Shown here in pieces: positions 41,327-50,431 of a stretch of 64,000 bases of DNA. The notes beneath the pieces were generated by a model, which saw nothing but the letters and a program-made list of their open reading frames with translations, was not told the origin of the DNA and did no database searches. The stretch spans positions 1 through 64,000 of the forward strand of contig CAVPBK010000009.1 in NCBI GenBank assembly GCA_963701855.1. The letters run 5' to 3'. Both the position numbers and the translations under genes were made by a program. The first letter of the stretch is position 1. Every line of letters begins with the position of its first letter. This DNA comes from Nitrospirota bacterium (GTDB lineage: Bacteria > Nitrospirota > Nitrospiria > Nitrospirales > Nitrospiraceae).

Positions 41327-42049
41327 ATGTCGACCCCTGAACAAACCCCAGCGCCTCAAACACCGAGACGTCAATATGTGAACTTCGTCTTCTACAAAAT
41401 CGACCCGGCCTGGCGGCGCCTCCCCGAGAGTGAACGCACCAAAGGGAAGCAGGAGTTCATCCGTGCGGTCGAGGAGTATACCGGCAAGGTGCTCGTGGTG
41501 GCCTACTCCTCGGTCGGCATCAGGGGCGATTGCGACATCATGCTGTGGCGGATCAGCTACGAACTGGAACTATTCCAGGACATGACTACAAAGATCTTGG
41601 CTTCGGGCTTGGGGCAGTACCTGACCACACCCTACTCCTATCTCGCGATCACCAAGCGGTCCGTCTACGTGGATAATCACACGCACGAAAATCAAGAGAG
41701 CAAGCGGCTGACCGTCGTGCCAGGCAAAGGCAAATATATTTTCGTCTACCCGTTCCTCAAGACGCGCGAGTGGTTCCTGCTCACAAAAGCGGCACGGCAG
41801 GGCATGATGGACGAGCACATTGAAGTCGGCCATCGCTTCCCGTCGGTGAAACTGAATACGACCTATTCTTTCGGGTTGGATGATCAGGAGTGGGTGGTGG
41901 CATTTGAGAGCGATAAACCGGAAGACTTCCTGGATCTCGTAATGGCGCTCCGCGAAACTGAAGGCTCCCGCTATACCTTGCGCGACACGCCGATTTTTAC
42001 CTGCATTCGCAAGAGCCTCAAGGAAACGCTCGACACGCTCGGCGGCTGA
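41327..42049 (+). CDS. hemQ: Chlorite-dismutase-family protein, probably coproheme decarboxylase
   Basis: YPFLK motif, WFLL, proximal His in MMDEHIEVG, SFGLDDQEW. Strong RBS GGAGG. Confidence 0.8.
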   Translation: MSTPEQTPAPQTPRRQYVNFVFYKIDPAWRRLPESERTKGKQEFIRAVEEYTGKVLVVAYSSVGIRGDCDIMLWRISYELELFQDMTTKILASGLGQYLTTPYSYLAITKRSVYVDNHTHENQESKRLTVVPGKGKYIFVYPFLKTREWFLLTKAARQGMMDEHIEVGHRFPSVKLNTTYSFGLDDQEWVVAFESDKPEDFLDLVMALRETEGSRYTLRDTPIFTCIRKSLKETLDTLGG

Positions 42050-42159
42050 TCTGGTTCATTTGGTTTGTTAGGTCTATTTGGTCTATCCGGTTAGTCTGGT
42101 CCAACCAAATAACGAGACAAACCAAAGAAACCAAATAAACGTTTTCAGCATCCTGCTAG
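42050..42159. repeat. Family A hairpin fused to a family B right end
   Basis: TGA-TCTGGTTCATTTGG..AACCAAATAAAC then TTTTCAGCATCCTGCTAG. Confidence 0.75.
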
Positions 42160-42178
42160 AAGCGTTTCGACATATCCA

Positions 42179-42391
42179 ATGGCTGACAACAATGCGCTCT
42201 ACGCGGTTCGTTTTCCAGACGGGTCGGTGAGCCTGTACATTGACGAAGACTATGCAATTGAACGCGGGGTGGACCCAGCCACTCTCACTCGCGTGGAAAT
42301 CCCACGAGACCTGTTTGTCAGCGGAACCATTCAAGAGATTAGAGAATATGTCGCCATCTACCTTGAGTCGCAGCATTCCGGCAATGCATAG
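42179..42391 (+). CDS. Small hypothetical protein
   Basis: 70 aa with globular-looking composition, collinear with neighbours. Confidence 0.7.
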   Translation: MADNNALYAVRFPDGSVSLYIDEDYAIERGVDPATLTRVEIPRDLFVSGTIQEIREYVAIYLESQHSGNA

Positions 42392-42594
42392 AAAACATTA
42401 GTATCCTGCCCGACATTGTCGTTCGTGACGAGTCGAAAGTAGTTGCGGCCAGATGAGCGGCGCAAGGCCTGGAAAAACCGGAGGTGTATTCGCTAGAATA
42501 TGCCGAGGCATTATTCGAGCCGAGCACGACGCAGATAGTCGCAGATCGTTCCGCCGCAGTAGCTCAGTCAATATCGGACAGGTTCCTGCACCCA

Positions 42595-43782
42595 ATGACC
42601 ACAATAGCCTCACCGACATCGCCACTGACCGTTGAAACAATCCGATCCGTCATCGATGCCATGCCCATACAAGGGCGGATTATGCTTCGACTGATCCTAC
42701 TCCAGTACTTCGACATCACGGACGAAGAAATTTTATATATCGTGGCAGACCGACCGGATCCCCGTTGCGTTGCCGGAAGCAAACCCACCAACATCACCAT
42801 GACCAAGGAATCAATTAAGGTGGTCACAGACCGGCGTGACCAATACCGACGGCAGGTACGGCTCAAACGGGAACGGACGTGGCTGCAAGGCGAGAGTCTT
42901 CGGAGTCTCGCGCAGCTCCGTGAGGGTTTCGCCGACCGTGCCCGCACCCTCCTGGCCGACCGTTTCTTCGTCTCCGCCGAGACGCTCGATGCCCTGCATG
43001 CATCCGCGAGAACAGTATTGCCCAGACCGGCAATTCGCCTGCTGGAGCAGCGTTGGGACACCGATGAGATCACAGCTGAGGATTATCAGCAACAACGACT
43101 CAGTATCGAGTTCCAAACCCAACTCCGCATGGCAGAAAAATATCGTACACGGCGCATCCTGGCGGAACGCGAGCGACAGAGCGCGATATCAGCGCCCCTG
43201 CAAGATCACGAAATTGCACATGTATGGGGCATCCCCGCCGGCAGTCTCGCCGCTCGAAAAGTGAAGTACCTCACGCAGTATCTGCAAGCCCTCCAGTCCA
43301 GGTTACAAAGCGACGGGGCAGCCACGACGTCCCCAGTGGATTTATGGAAGGAAACCTTCGTGGTGCTCGCAACGCAGCCCATCGAACGTTCGCTCTCGAC
43401 CTATGATGGGTTGGAAAAAACAGAATCCGCGCTCATCGACAAACTGACCGCCATGGTCTGGGGCAGTCTGCCGGAGGAGATCGAAGTGAAGTTCTGGACC
43501 TCGCTCGTCTTCGGAGCCAGCTCCAATGCCATGCACTCAGAAATCACCAGAAACTTGTTTGGGCTGCAACGGCTCATTACCATCCTCAACGACATGGACC
43601 GCTCTCCCGAGGCAATTGATGACGACTTACTCAAGCGGACCGCAGCCACACCCAAGATTGCGGTGGAAGCGCTTGAAACCGCTGCTGAGCATCCAGTAAT
43701 GGAATTGAGCGAGATGCAGGCTCAGATACTCAATAATATGAGGGGAGAAGATGCGAGCGGAAGATCCTCCGATAAGTGGTAG
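42595..43782 (+). CDS. Hypothetical protein (helical)
   Basis: Long ORF with typical codon usage. Start inferred. Confidence 0.8.
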   Translation: MTTIASPTSPLTVETIRSVIDAMPIQGRIMLRLILLQYFDITDEEILYIVADRPDPRCVAGSKPTNITMTKESIKVVTDRRDQYRRQVRLKRERTWLQGESLRSLAQLREGFADRARTLLADRFFVSAETLDALHASARTVLPRPAIRLLEQRWDTDEITAEDYQQQRLSIEFQTQLRMAEKYRTRRILAERERQSAISAPLQDHEIAHVWGIPAGSLAARKVKYLTQYLQALQSRLQSDGAATTSPVDLWKETFVVLATQPIERSLSTYDGLEKTESALIDKLTAMVWGSLPEEIEVKFWTSLVFGASSNAMHSEITRNLFGLQRLITILNDMDRSPEAIDDDLLKRTAATPKIAVEALETAAEHPVMELSEMQAQILNNMRGEDASGRSSDKW

Positions 43783-43807
43783 CCCGCATCCGGCTAATGC
43801 CCTTTCA

Positions 43808-43835
43808 TTGCACTTTTCCATGGGTAAAGTATAAT
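43808..43835 (+). promoter_or_regulatory. Candidate sigma70 promoter
   Basis: TTGCAC-16 nt-TATAAT. Confidence 0.45.
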
Positions 43836-43846
43836 GTCTTCATATC

Positions 43847-44284
43847 ATGGCCAGACAGTCACACTTCCATCCACAGCTTCAGCATAACCGAGTGGCACGC
43901 TTCCTGACTCTTCTACTCCCCCTTCTCGCCTTCAGCCTGGTACCGTTGCTTGCGCAGGCATCCGGTCTTCTGGAAATTACCGAACTCCTCACACACCCTG
44001 AGCAATACGATCGCCAAGAAGTGGTGGTAACCGGCCAGGTCACCAACGTCCAACTTGCGACGAATCGGCAAGGCCAGCCGGCCTATGGGTTTCTCTTGAA
44101 GGATCAGGCCGGCACGCTGAAAGTCATCAGCCTCGGTCAAATCGAAGTTCGAGAAGGCGACCAGGTAATTGTGGAAGGAGTCTTCTCGCGCCTTCGCCAG
44201 GTAGGACGCACGATCATCTACAACGAAATCAAAGCCCTCTCAATCAAACCGATAAATCGGCTCAACCCCGACCTAGTTGGTTGA
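43847..44284 (+). CDS. Exported OB-fold protein
   Basis: Signal peptide. ELLTHPEQYDRQEVVVTGQV..LKDQAGTLKV..GDQVIVEG. Confidence 0.75.
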   Translation: MARQSHFHPQLQHNRVARFLTLLLPLLAFSLVPLLAQASGLLEITELLTHPEQYDRQEVVVTGQVTNVQLATNRQGQPAYGFLLKDQAGTLKVISLGQIEVREGDQVIVEGVFSRLRQVGRTIIYNEIKALSIKPINRLNPDLVG

Positions 44285-44367
44285 TCTGGTTGCTCTGGTT
44301 TGTTTGGTTGATTTGGTTTATCTGGTTAGTCTCGTTCAACCAAATAAACAAGACAAACGAAACAACG
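44285..44367. repeat. 9-mer hairpin repeat (family A)
   Basis: TGA-TCTGGTTGCTCTGGTTTG..GTTCAACCAAATAAAC between convergent genes. Confidence 0.8.
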
Positions 44368-44372
44368 GCTTC

Positions 44373-45245
44373 CTAGCCCTCGCGCGGATAGTTCAACGCC
44401 CATCCCAGCAACTTGTCCTGAACTCGATCCGGTAACCACTTCACCATCCAAGCACGCAACTTAGCATCCGTGCCTACGAGATAGCGGGTGCGAGGGTGAA
44501 CGGCCGTTAATGCATGGTATACAGCTCGAACCACCGCACCCGGTGGAATCGCTCGCTGAGCCGCCTGTGCAATCGCTTCACGAATTCGGATCACAGCCTC
44601 GCCATAGAGATCCTTGGCCTCTTCGCTGACAGACGATTCAATGTCCCTTGCCCCCTTGGCTGATTTCTCCCAAAGTGGCGTCGCGATCGCCCCCGGCTCA
44701 ATAATCGACACCTGAATCCCCCAGGGTCGCAGTTCCATTCTCAACGCATCTGTCAGGGCCTCCAAAGCAAATTTCGATGCAGAATAGGGCCCCAAGAGCG
44801 GAATAGTCCCTCGTCCGGCAATCGATCCCATGTTCACGATTCGACCTCGGCCTCGGCGCAGCAACGGGAGGAACGCCTGCGTGACAGCGATCTGCCCAAT
44901 CACGTTGACCTCAAGCTGTTTCCGCAGTTGGGATAACGGAATCACTTCGAGGGGACTCCCGATAACGATCCCGGCATTATTGACAAGCCCCCCAAGACCA
45001 CCCTCGCCTACAACCCGTTGCACCATTTCGGTGGATCTCATAATCGACCGCTCATCGGTGACATCGAGCATGATGGGAATAAGCGATGGACCACCCCTTG
45101 CGGCAAGCGCCTCACCTGCCTGAGGGTTACGAACACCGGCAAACACTGTCATCCCACGAACGGCGAAATCGAGTGCGCAAGCCTCACCAATGCCGGTCGA
45201 AGCACCGGTCACCACAACAGCCATGGACGACGGACGATCAGACAT
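44373..45245 (-). CDS. Short-chain dehydrogenase/reductase
   Basis: TGASTGIG, NNAG, YSASK. Confidence 0.95.
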   Translation of the reverse strand: MSDRPSSMAVVVTGASTGIGEACALDFAVRGMTVFAGVRNPQAGEALAARGGPSLIPIMLDVTDERSIMRSTEMVQRVVGEGGLGGLVNNAGIVIGSPLEVIPLSQLRKQLEVNVIGQIAVTQAFLPLLRRGRGRIVNMGSIAGRGTIPLLGPYSASKFALEALTDALRMELRPWGIQVSIIEPGAIATPLWEKSAKGARDIESSVSEEAKDLYGEAVIRIREAIAQAAQRAIPPGAVVRAVYHALTAVHPRTRYLVGTDAKLRAWMVKWLPDRVQDKLLGWALNYPREG

Positions 45246-45484
45246 AGCAGGCTGCGAAAAAATTCTGTGGGCAACAGTCTCGCAGGATGCTCAAAAAGTC
45301 CAGACTTCTCACCCACCCAACCCTGGCGCGCCGAGACGCGCCTTGTCCCAAGCAAAGCCGCAGCGAGCAAATAGGTTGAGGTCGAGGTTAAGGTTGAGCG
45401 AAGATCAGACTCTTTTTTTTCTCAGACTCAACCTGAGCCGTAACCTTCCAATAACGCTGGCGGACTTTTTCAGCACCCTGCTAG
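45245..45484. repeat. MITE-like family B, long form with hexamer cargo
   Basis: TAGCAGGCTGCGAAAAA..GCAGGATGCTCAAAAAGTCC..AGGTTGAGGTCGAGGTTAAGG..GACTTTTTCAGCACCCTGCTAG. Confidence 0.75.
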
Positions 45485-45526
45485 GCGAGAGTACCACGAC
45501 TGCCTGTAAGAGAGCAGCCTCCTAGG

Positions 45527-45754
45527 TCAGCATTATTCATGACGGTTCGTCACGAGGTGGCAAAGTGGTGCGCGGGAAACGTGAAGACTGGCTGGTCTCT
45601 CTTGTTTTTCTAGTTTCTCTCGTTCGCTTGGTCGAACCAGATAGACCAGATGAACCAGAGAGACCCTCTCATCGCGCTTTTCCCGCTAGTCTCGTCCGTC
45701 TCGTTTGAATCAGGCATCGGCAATTGCAGCTGAAACGTTCATGAATAATGTGGG
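45527..45754. repeat. MITE-like family C containing a family A hairpin (45588-45665)
   Basis: GCATTATTCATGACGGTTCGTC...GTTCATGAATAATGTGGG. Confidence 0.75.
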
Positions 45755-45964
45755 TTAAATATATAAGAATTAACTCGGCAGAGCTTGACAGATCACGGTT
45801 CTTTCATTATGGTTTTCCGCTGTTGTACCATCATCCGACCACGACATGCCCCACAGTTCAGTGTGGTCTATTCTCACGCGGCACGAGAGAAAATAATCCG
45901 GCAATAAATCGCATACATCAGTTGAAGTATAAATTATAAGTAACTGAAATATAATAATTAATTT

Positions 45965-47515
45965 ATGGCAAAGATTGCCGTCATCGACATCGGAACAAAC
46001 TCAATCCATATGGTGCTGGCTGAAATCCAGCCGGACGCAGGCTACAAGATTCTCGATCGCTTCAAAGACATGACGAGGCTCGGGAACGGCGCCTTTACGA
46101 CGCACCGCCTCTCCGATGAGGCAATCGCACGTGGACTCGACGTCATTCGCAACCTCGTCACCCTGGCTAGGAACAAGGGCTACGATCGCATCATCGCTGT
46201 CGCCACCAGCGCTGTGCGCGAGGCAAAAAATGGAGGGGATTTTGTTGATCTCGTGGCCAAACACGCAGGGCTGGCCGTCCGCGTCATCAGCGGCACCGAA
46301 GAAGCCAGGCTGATTTTCCTGGGCGTCAAAAACAACGTGCCCATGACAGAACAGCCGGTGCTCTCAGTGGATGTCGGCGGTGGGTCGGTTGAACTGATGG
46401 TCGGGAACCGCGACCAGCTCATCCACTCAAAGAGCCTGAAGCTGGGCGCCATCAGACTGGCGGATGAATTCCTCAAACGCACGCCACCTTCTAAAAGAAT
46501 GCTCCGCTTACTCGAAGACACGGTGACGACCCAGTTACAGGGCGCCCTCGATTCATTCAAGACCAAACGATTCGATTCCCTGATCGCCACCTCCGGCATG
46601 GCGGCGAACTTGGCAGAAGTCATTCATCTGCGCCGAACGAATCGCCCGCTCCCGCAAATCAATCTCGCCACGGTTTCACTGAAGGACGTCAAAGAAATCG
46701 AGCAGGATCTCCGTCAATCTACCATTAGAGCCAGGCTGGCGATCCCCGGACTAGATCCCAAACGCGTCGATACCCTGTTTCCTGCCACGTTGGTCCTTCG
46801 GCGTCTAATGGAGATCTCGGAGCGAGATGAACTGACCCTTTGCGATAAGGCCATTCGGGAAGGCATGATCTACGACTTTGTCCATCGCCACCGTGAACGG
46901 CTTAAAACGGAAGCGGAAATTCCCGATTTGCGCCGGCGCAACGTCATGGCGCTGGCCCGTCGCTGTCACGCCCCGGAAACCCATAGCCTTCATGTCGCCA
47001 GCCTGGCCCTGCGCCTCTTCGACCAGACGGCACGCCTCCATCGTCTGGGACCCACCGAGCGGAACTGGCTTGAATACGCCGCGATTCTGCACGATGTCGG
47101 CTACCTCATCAACGAACAACAGCATCACAAGCATGCCTACTATCTCATCACGAATAGCGGCCTGGGTGGATTATCCGGCGAGGAGATTCAAGTCGTCGCG
47201 AATGTGGCCCGCTACCACCGGCGCGCAATCCCGCAACGGAAACACGAGGAATTCGACACCCTCTCACCCAAATACAAACGAATCGTGCGGATCCTGTCCG
47301 CGCTGCTTCGGATCGCCGATGGCCTGGATCGAACGCATTTTTCGGTCGTCCGCACCCTTGATGTGCGGCTCGGCGCCACGGTCACCATCATCGTTCGTGT
47401 CACAGGCGATGCGGAGTTGGAAACCTGGGCCGCCACAGGCCGGGCAGATCTCTTTGAACGCGTGTTCCGCCGCCGCGTGAAGTTTTCCGTCATCTTGCAG
47501 GACGATGCCGCATGA
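45965..47515 (+). CDS. ppx: Ppx/GppA exopolyphosphatase with HD domain
   Basis: IDIGTNS, ATSAVREAKN, DVGGGSVE, IREG, LHDVG, HHKH. Confidence 0.95.
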   Translation: MAKIAVIDIGTNSIHMVLAEIQPDAGYKILDRFKDMTRLGNGAFTTHRLSDEAIARGLDVIRNLVTLARNKGYDRIIAVATSAVREAKNGGDFVDLVAKHAGLAVRVISGTEEARLIFLGVKNNVPMTEQPVLSVDVGGGSVELMVGNRDQLIHSKSLKLGAIRLADEFLKRTPPSKRMLRLLEDTVTTQLQGALDSFKTKRFDSLIATSGMAANLAEVIHLRRTNRPLPQINLATVSLKDVKEIEQDLRQSTIRARLAIPGLDPKRVDTLFPATLVLRRLMEISERDELTLCDKAIREGMIYDFVHRHRERLKTEAEIPDLRRRNVMALARRCHAPETHSLHVASLALRLFDQTARLHRLGPTERNWLEYAAILHDVGYLINEQQHHKHAYYLITNSGLGGLSGEEIQVVANVARYHRRAIPQRKHEEFDTLSPKYKRIVRILSALLRIADGLDRTHFSVVRTLDVRLGATVTIIVRVTGDAELETWAATGRADLFERVFRRRVKFSVILQDDAA

Positions 47516-48261
47516 GCAACCAGCCCCCTCCATCCATCACTCCCCACCCCTATCCAGGGAAACTCATCATCGTCGAGGGCATCGACGGGTCCGGCAAGAG
47601 CACGCAATTGCTGTTGCTGCACAAGTGGCTGGAGTCGAAGGGTCATCGAGTCTTTTTCACGGAGTGGAACTCCTCGGAACTGGTCAAAGACACAACCAAA
47701 CGGGGAAAGAAAAACAAAAGCCTGACCCCGACGACGTTCAGCTTGTTGCATGCGACCGACTTTGCCAGCCGGTTCTATCATGACATTTTACCTCCGCTCA
47801 AAGCCGGCATGATCGTCTTGGCCGACCGCTACATGTACACGGCCTTCGCGCGTGACGTCGTCCGCGGCGTTTCGCCTGAATGGATTCGCAAGCTCTATAG
47901 CTTCGCCATTACACCCGACATGGCCTTCTACTTCAAGATACCGATCGAGTCAGCCATCTCGCGGCTCCTCGGAGGCACGCGTGGACAATTCAAGTACTAC
48001 GAAGCCGGCATGGACATGAACCTGAACCCGGACGTTACCGAAAGCTTCCGCCTCTTCCAATCGAGCATCCTGGCTCAATACGAGAAGATCGTCGATGAGT
48101 TTCAGCTCATCACGATGGATGCGACGAAAGACATCGAAGCCCAGCAGAACAACATGCGCCGGCTCGTGGGAGAGGCGCTCAAGGACTACAAACCAAGACG
48201 GGGCACCCATGGTCGACGCACGGTATTTTGGCGACGGTTTGATCTACCTAAATCCGAGTGA
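47512..48261 (+). CDS. Thymidylate-kinase-like P-loop protein A (candidate polyphosphate kinase subunit)
   Basis: IVEGIDGSGKST, LADRY, YEAGMD. ATGA overlap with ppx. Confidence 0.85.
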   Translation: MSNQPPPSITPHPYPGKLIIVEGIDGSGKSTQLLLLHKWLESKGHRVFFTEWNSSELVKDTTKRGKKNKSLTPTTFSLLHATDFASRFYHDILPPLKAGMIVLADRYMYTAFARDVVRGVSPEWIRKLYSFAITPDMAFYFKIPIESAISRLLGGTRGQFKYYEAGMDMNLNPDVTESFRLFQSSILAQYEKIVDEFQLITMDATKDIEAQQNNMRRLVGEALKDYKPRRGTHGRRTVFWRRFDLPKSE

Positions 48262-48943
48262 CCTCAAAGGGAAGCTCATCGCCATCGAAGGCACCGACGG
48301 TGTCGGCCGCTCCACGCACATCGAGATGTTGCAGGAATGGCTGGAGGTGCAGGGCTATGGCGTGATCACGACCGGCTGGACCCGTTCCAATCTCATGTCA
48401 AAAACGATCGAAATGGCCAAAGAAGGCAACATTCTCGACCGATGGTCATTCAGCCTGCTGTACGCCACCGACTTTGCCGATCGCTTAGAGCACGAGATTA
48501 TCCCCGCGCTTCGTTCAGGCTTCATCGTCCTGGCCGACCGGTACATCTATACGGCCCTCGCACGCGATTTTGTGCGCAGCGGGAACCGCCAGTGGGCGAG
48601 AGACGTCTTCGGCTTCGCCTTAGTGCCGGATCTCGTCTGCTACATGCGTATCGACGTCGAAACACTCGTGCTGCGCGTCATCGAAACCAAAGGAATGAAC
48701 TTCTGGGAATCAGGAATGGATCTTCGTCTCGGCAGCGATCTCTACGACAGCTTTAAAAAATATCAATCGCTCCTGATCGAGGAATTCGACAAAATGGCAG
48801 AAGAATTTCATTTCGAAGTGATCGATGCCAGACAGTCGCCGGATGAGATCCAGGACGCACTGCGCAGCAAGATTCAGCCGCTACTCGCCACCAACTTGCG
48901 CAGCCCGGCGCTACCGTCCGACCACCTGATCCAGCCGACATAA
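48209..48943 (+). CDS. Thymidylate-kinase-like P-loop protein B, variant Walker A
   Basis: IEGTDGVGRST (Lys to Arg), LADRY, WESGMD. Paralogue of the upstream gene. Confidence 0.85.
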   Translation: MVDARYFGDGLIYLNPSDLKGKLIAIEGTDGVGRSTHIEMLQEWLEVQGYGVITTGWTRSNLMSKTIEMAKEGNILDRWSFSLLYATDFADRLEHEIIPALRSGFIVLADRYIYTALARDFVRSGNRQWARDVFGFALVPDLVCYMRIDVETLVLRVIETKGMNFWESGMDLRLGSDLYDSFKKYQSLLIEEFDKMAEEFHFEVIDARQSPDEIQDALRSKIQPLLATNLRSPALPSDHLIQPT

Positions 48944-48949
48944 GAAGAT

Positions 48950-49036
48950 TGTTATTTGGTTTGTTTGGTTGTCTCGTTTGTCTGGCTTTTGGTTGAACGA
49001 AACTACCAAATCAACTGATAAACAAAACAAACCAGA
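48950..49036. repeat. 9-mer hairpin repeat (family A)
   Basis: Between convergent genes. Abuts the sixA TGA. Confidence 0.8.
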
Positions 49037-49552
49037 TCAACCTTCCACACCCAGTTTCCCGATCGCCCTTAGCTGACTCGGCGTCAACCACCAACGCAGA
49101 ACACCTTGACCTGGCTTCGGCGGAATCGACAGTTCAATCAGGCAAGCCCCGGCTTTCTTCAGGGGGAATGATGCAGAGGCTCGTCCGGATAGGAAGACAC
49201 TGGCTGCCATGCCCAGCTGCGGCTCGTGACCGATACAGAGCACACAGGACTCCGGCGGAAGATCGTGCAGAATCGACAAGAGCCGATTGGGCGGCGCATC
49301 CGGCAAGAGTGCATCGACGATCTGCACCTCAGCGCGAACTCGCAGCGAGCGGTGCACAATCGTCGCCGTCTCGATCGCCCGAATCAAGGGACTCGACAAG
49401 ACATGAGTCGGCTGCACATCGAGCCGGCGGAACCCAGCCGCCATCTGCGCCACGCGCTTCGCCCCGCGCTCAGTCAAAGGACGATCCGCTTCGGACCCTT
49501 CCCATTCTTCTCGCTCCACCGCAATACCATGCCGTACCAACACACAATCCAT
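49037..49552 (-). CDS. sixA: Phosphohistidine phosphatase SixA
   Basis: VRHG, RPLTERG, SSPLIRAIETA, GHEP. Confidence 0.9.
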   Translation of the reverse strand: MDCVLVRHGIAVEREEWEGSEADRPLTERGAKRVAQMAAGFRRLDVQPTHVLSSPLIRAIETATIVHRSLRVRAEVQIVDALLPDAPPNRLLSILHDLPPESCVLCIGHEPQLGMAASVFLSGRASASFPLKKAGACLIELSIPPKPGQGVLRWWLTPSQLRAIGKLGVEG

Positions 49553-49581
49553 CTTCCCTCGTTTCTGAATCAAGATTATTC

Positions 49582-49769
49582 GTAACTACTCAGGTCGATA
49601 GGCTGAAGGATTTTGGGGGTTGGACTTCTTGCGCAACAAGGACTCATCTCTGCTTGAACCCAAAGTCGTATGAACTGAGAAGGTATTGAATGACGTGATT
49701 CGTGTTTTGCGAAAGCATTTTTTATAGTCTTCACACTTCAGCCTTCAGCCTGAACACCTGAGTCGTTAC
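49582..49769. mobile_element. MITE family D (IS66-like ends)
   Basis: TIRs GTAACTACTCAGGT and ACCTGAGTCGTTAC. Perfect 8-bp target duplication GATTATTC at 49574-49581 and 49770-49777. Confidence 0.85.
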
Positions 49770-49805
49770 GATTATTCATGAATCCGCTCCCCGCCGCAAG
49801 CGCAT

Positions 49806-49975
49806 CTGAATCAAATCGGATTCTCCTATTAATCAAAACAGATTCAGATCAGATATGCCAGTCATCTCCTGCGCCTGAGCATATCCATTCGTCATCATGA
49901 AAACCCGGTAATTTTCAACGCAATGACGAGAAATTTCTCAAACCCGTCTATGTAGGCTACTGGCACAACGATTGC
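49806..49975 (+). promoter_or_regulatory. sigma54 promoter with upstream palindromic enhancer
   Basis: TGGCACAACGATTGC at 49961-49975. Tandem (G/T)AATC-N6-GATTC sites at 49806-49847. Confidence 0.8.
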
Positions 49976-50256
49976 TGTATGTCTCGTCAGAAGGGCACCA
50001 GGCGAAAACCGGCACAGAACATTCGAAAGAGTCATCAGAGCCATTTGAACCTATGAGGCGAGATGAGCAGTCAACCATCAGTCATTATTGGGCTCTTCGT
50101 GAGAACTCAATGGCGACATAAATCCTGGGCATACCAACCAGACCATCCTCCTCTGGTTGGGAGCCTTCTGGTTGACTGAGCGTCAACGCCATGGGAGCCC
50201 CGGCTCTGTCCTACCCAGAGCTGCGGCTCCCTCCTTCCTAGCTGAGCGAGACGGCT

Positions 50257-50390
50257 AAAGAAGTGCTGAGTGCTGAGTAGTGGGTGAGGCGGACGGAAAG
50301 GGCGAGATGGGCAAAGACGTTCTAAATTCTGAGTTAATAGGTTCTGCGTTGCCCGGAATTAACTCACAACTCAGCACTCAGCACTTCTTT
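50257..50390. repeat. Heptamer inverted repeat element (family E)
   Basis: 22-bp perfect IR AAAGAAGTGCTGAGTGCTGAGT and ACTCAGCACTCAGCACTTCTTT. Confidence 0.8.
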
Positions 50391-50431
50391 CGGACTGTAA
50401 TCGTCTCTTCTGCCAAATGCGGAGGTGGTGA

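Noticed and set aside
41327..42049. True chlorite dismutase
   Set aside because: No signal peptide, it has the YP(M/F)xK coproheme decarboxylase motif, and the distal Arg of Cld is not evident (LNTTYS).
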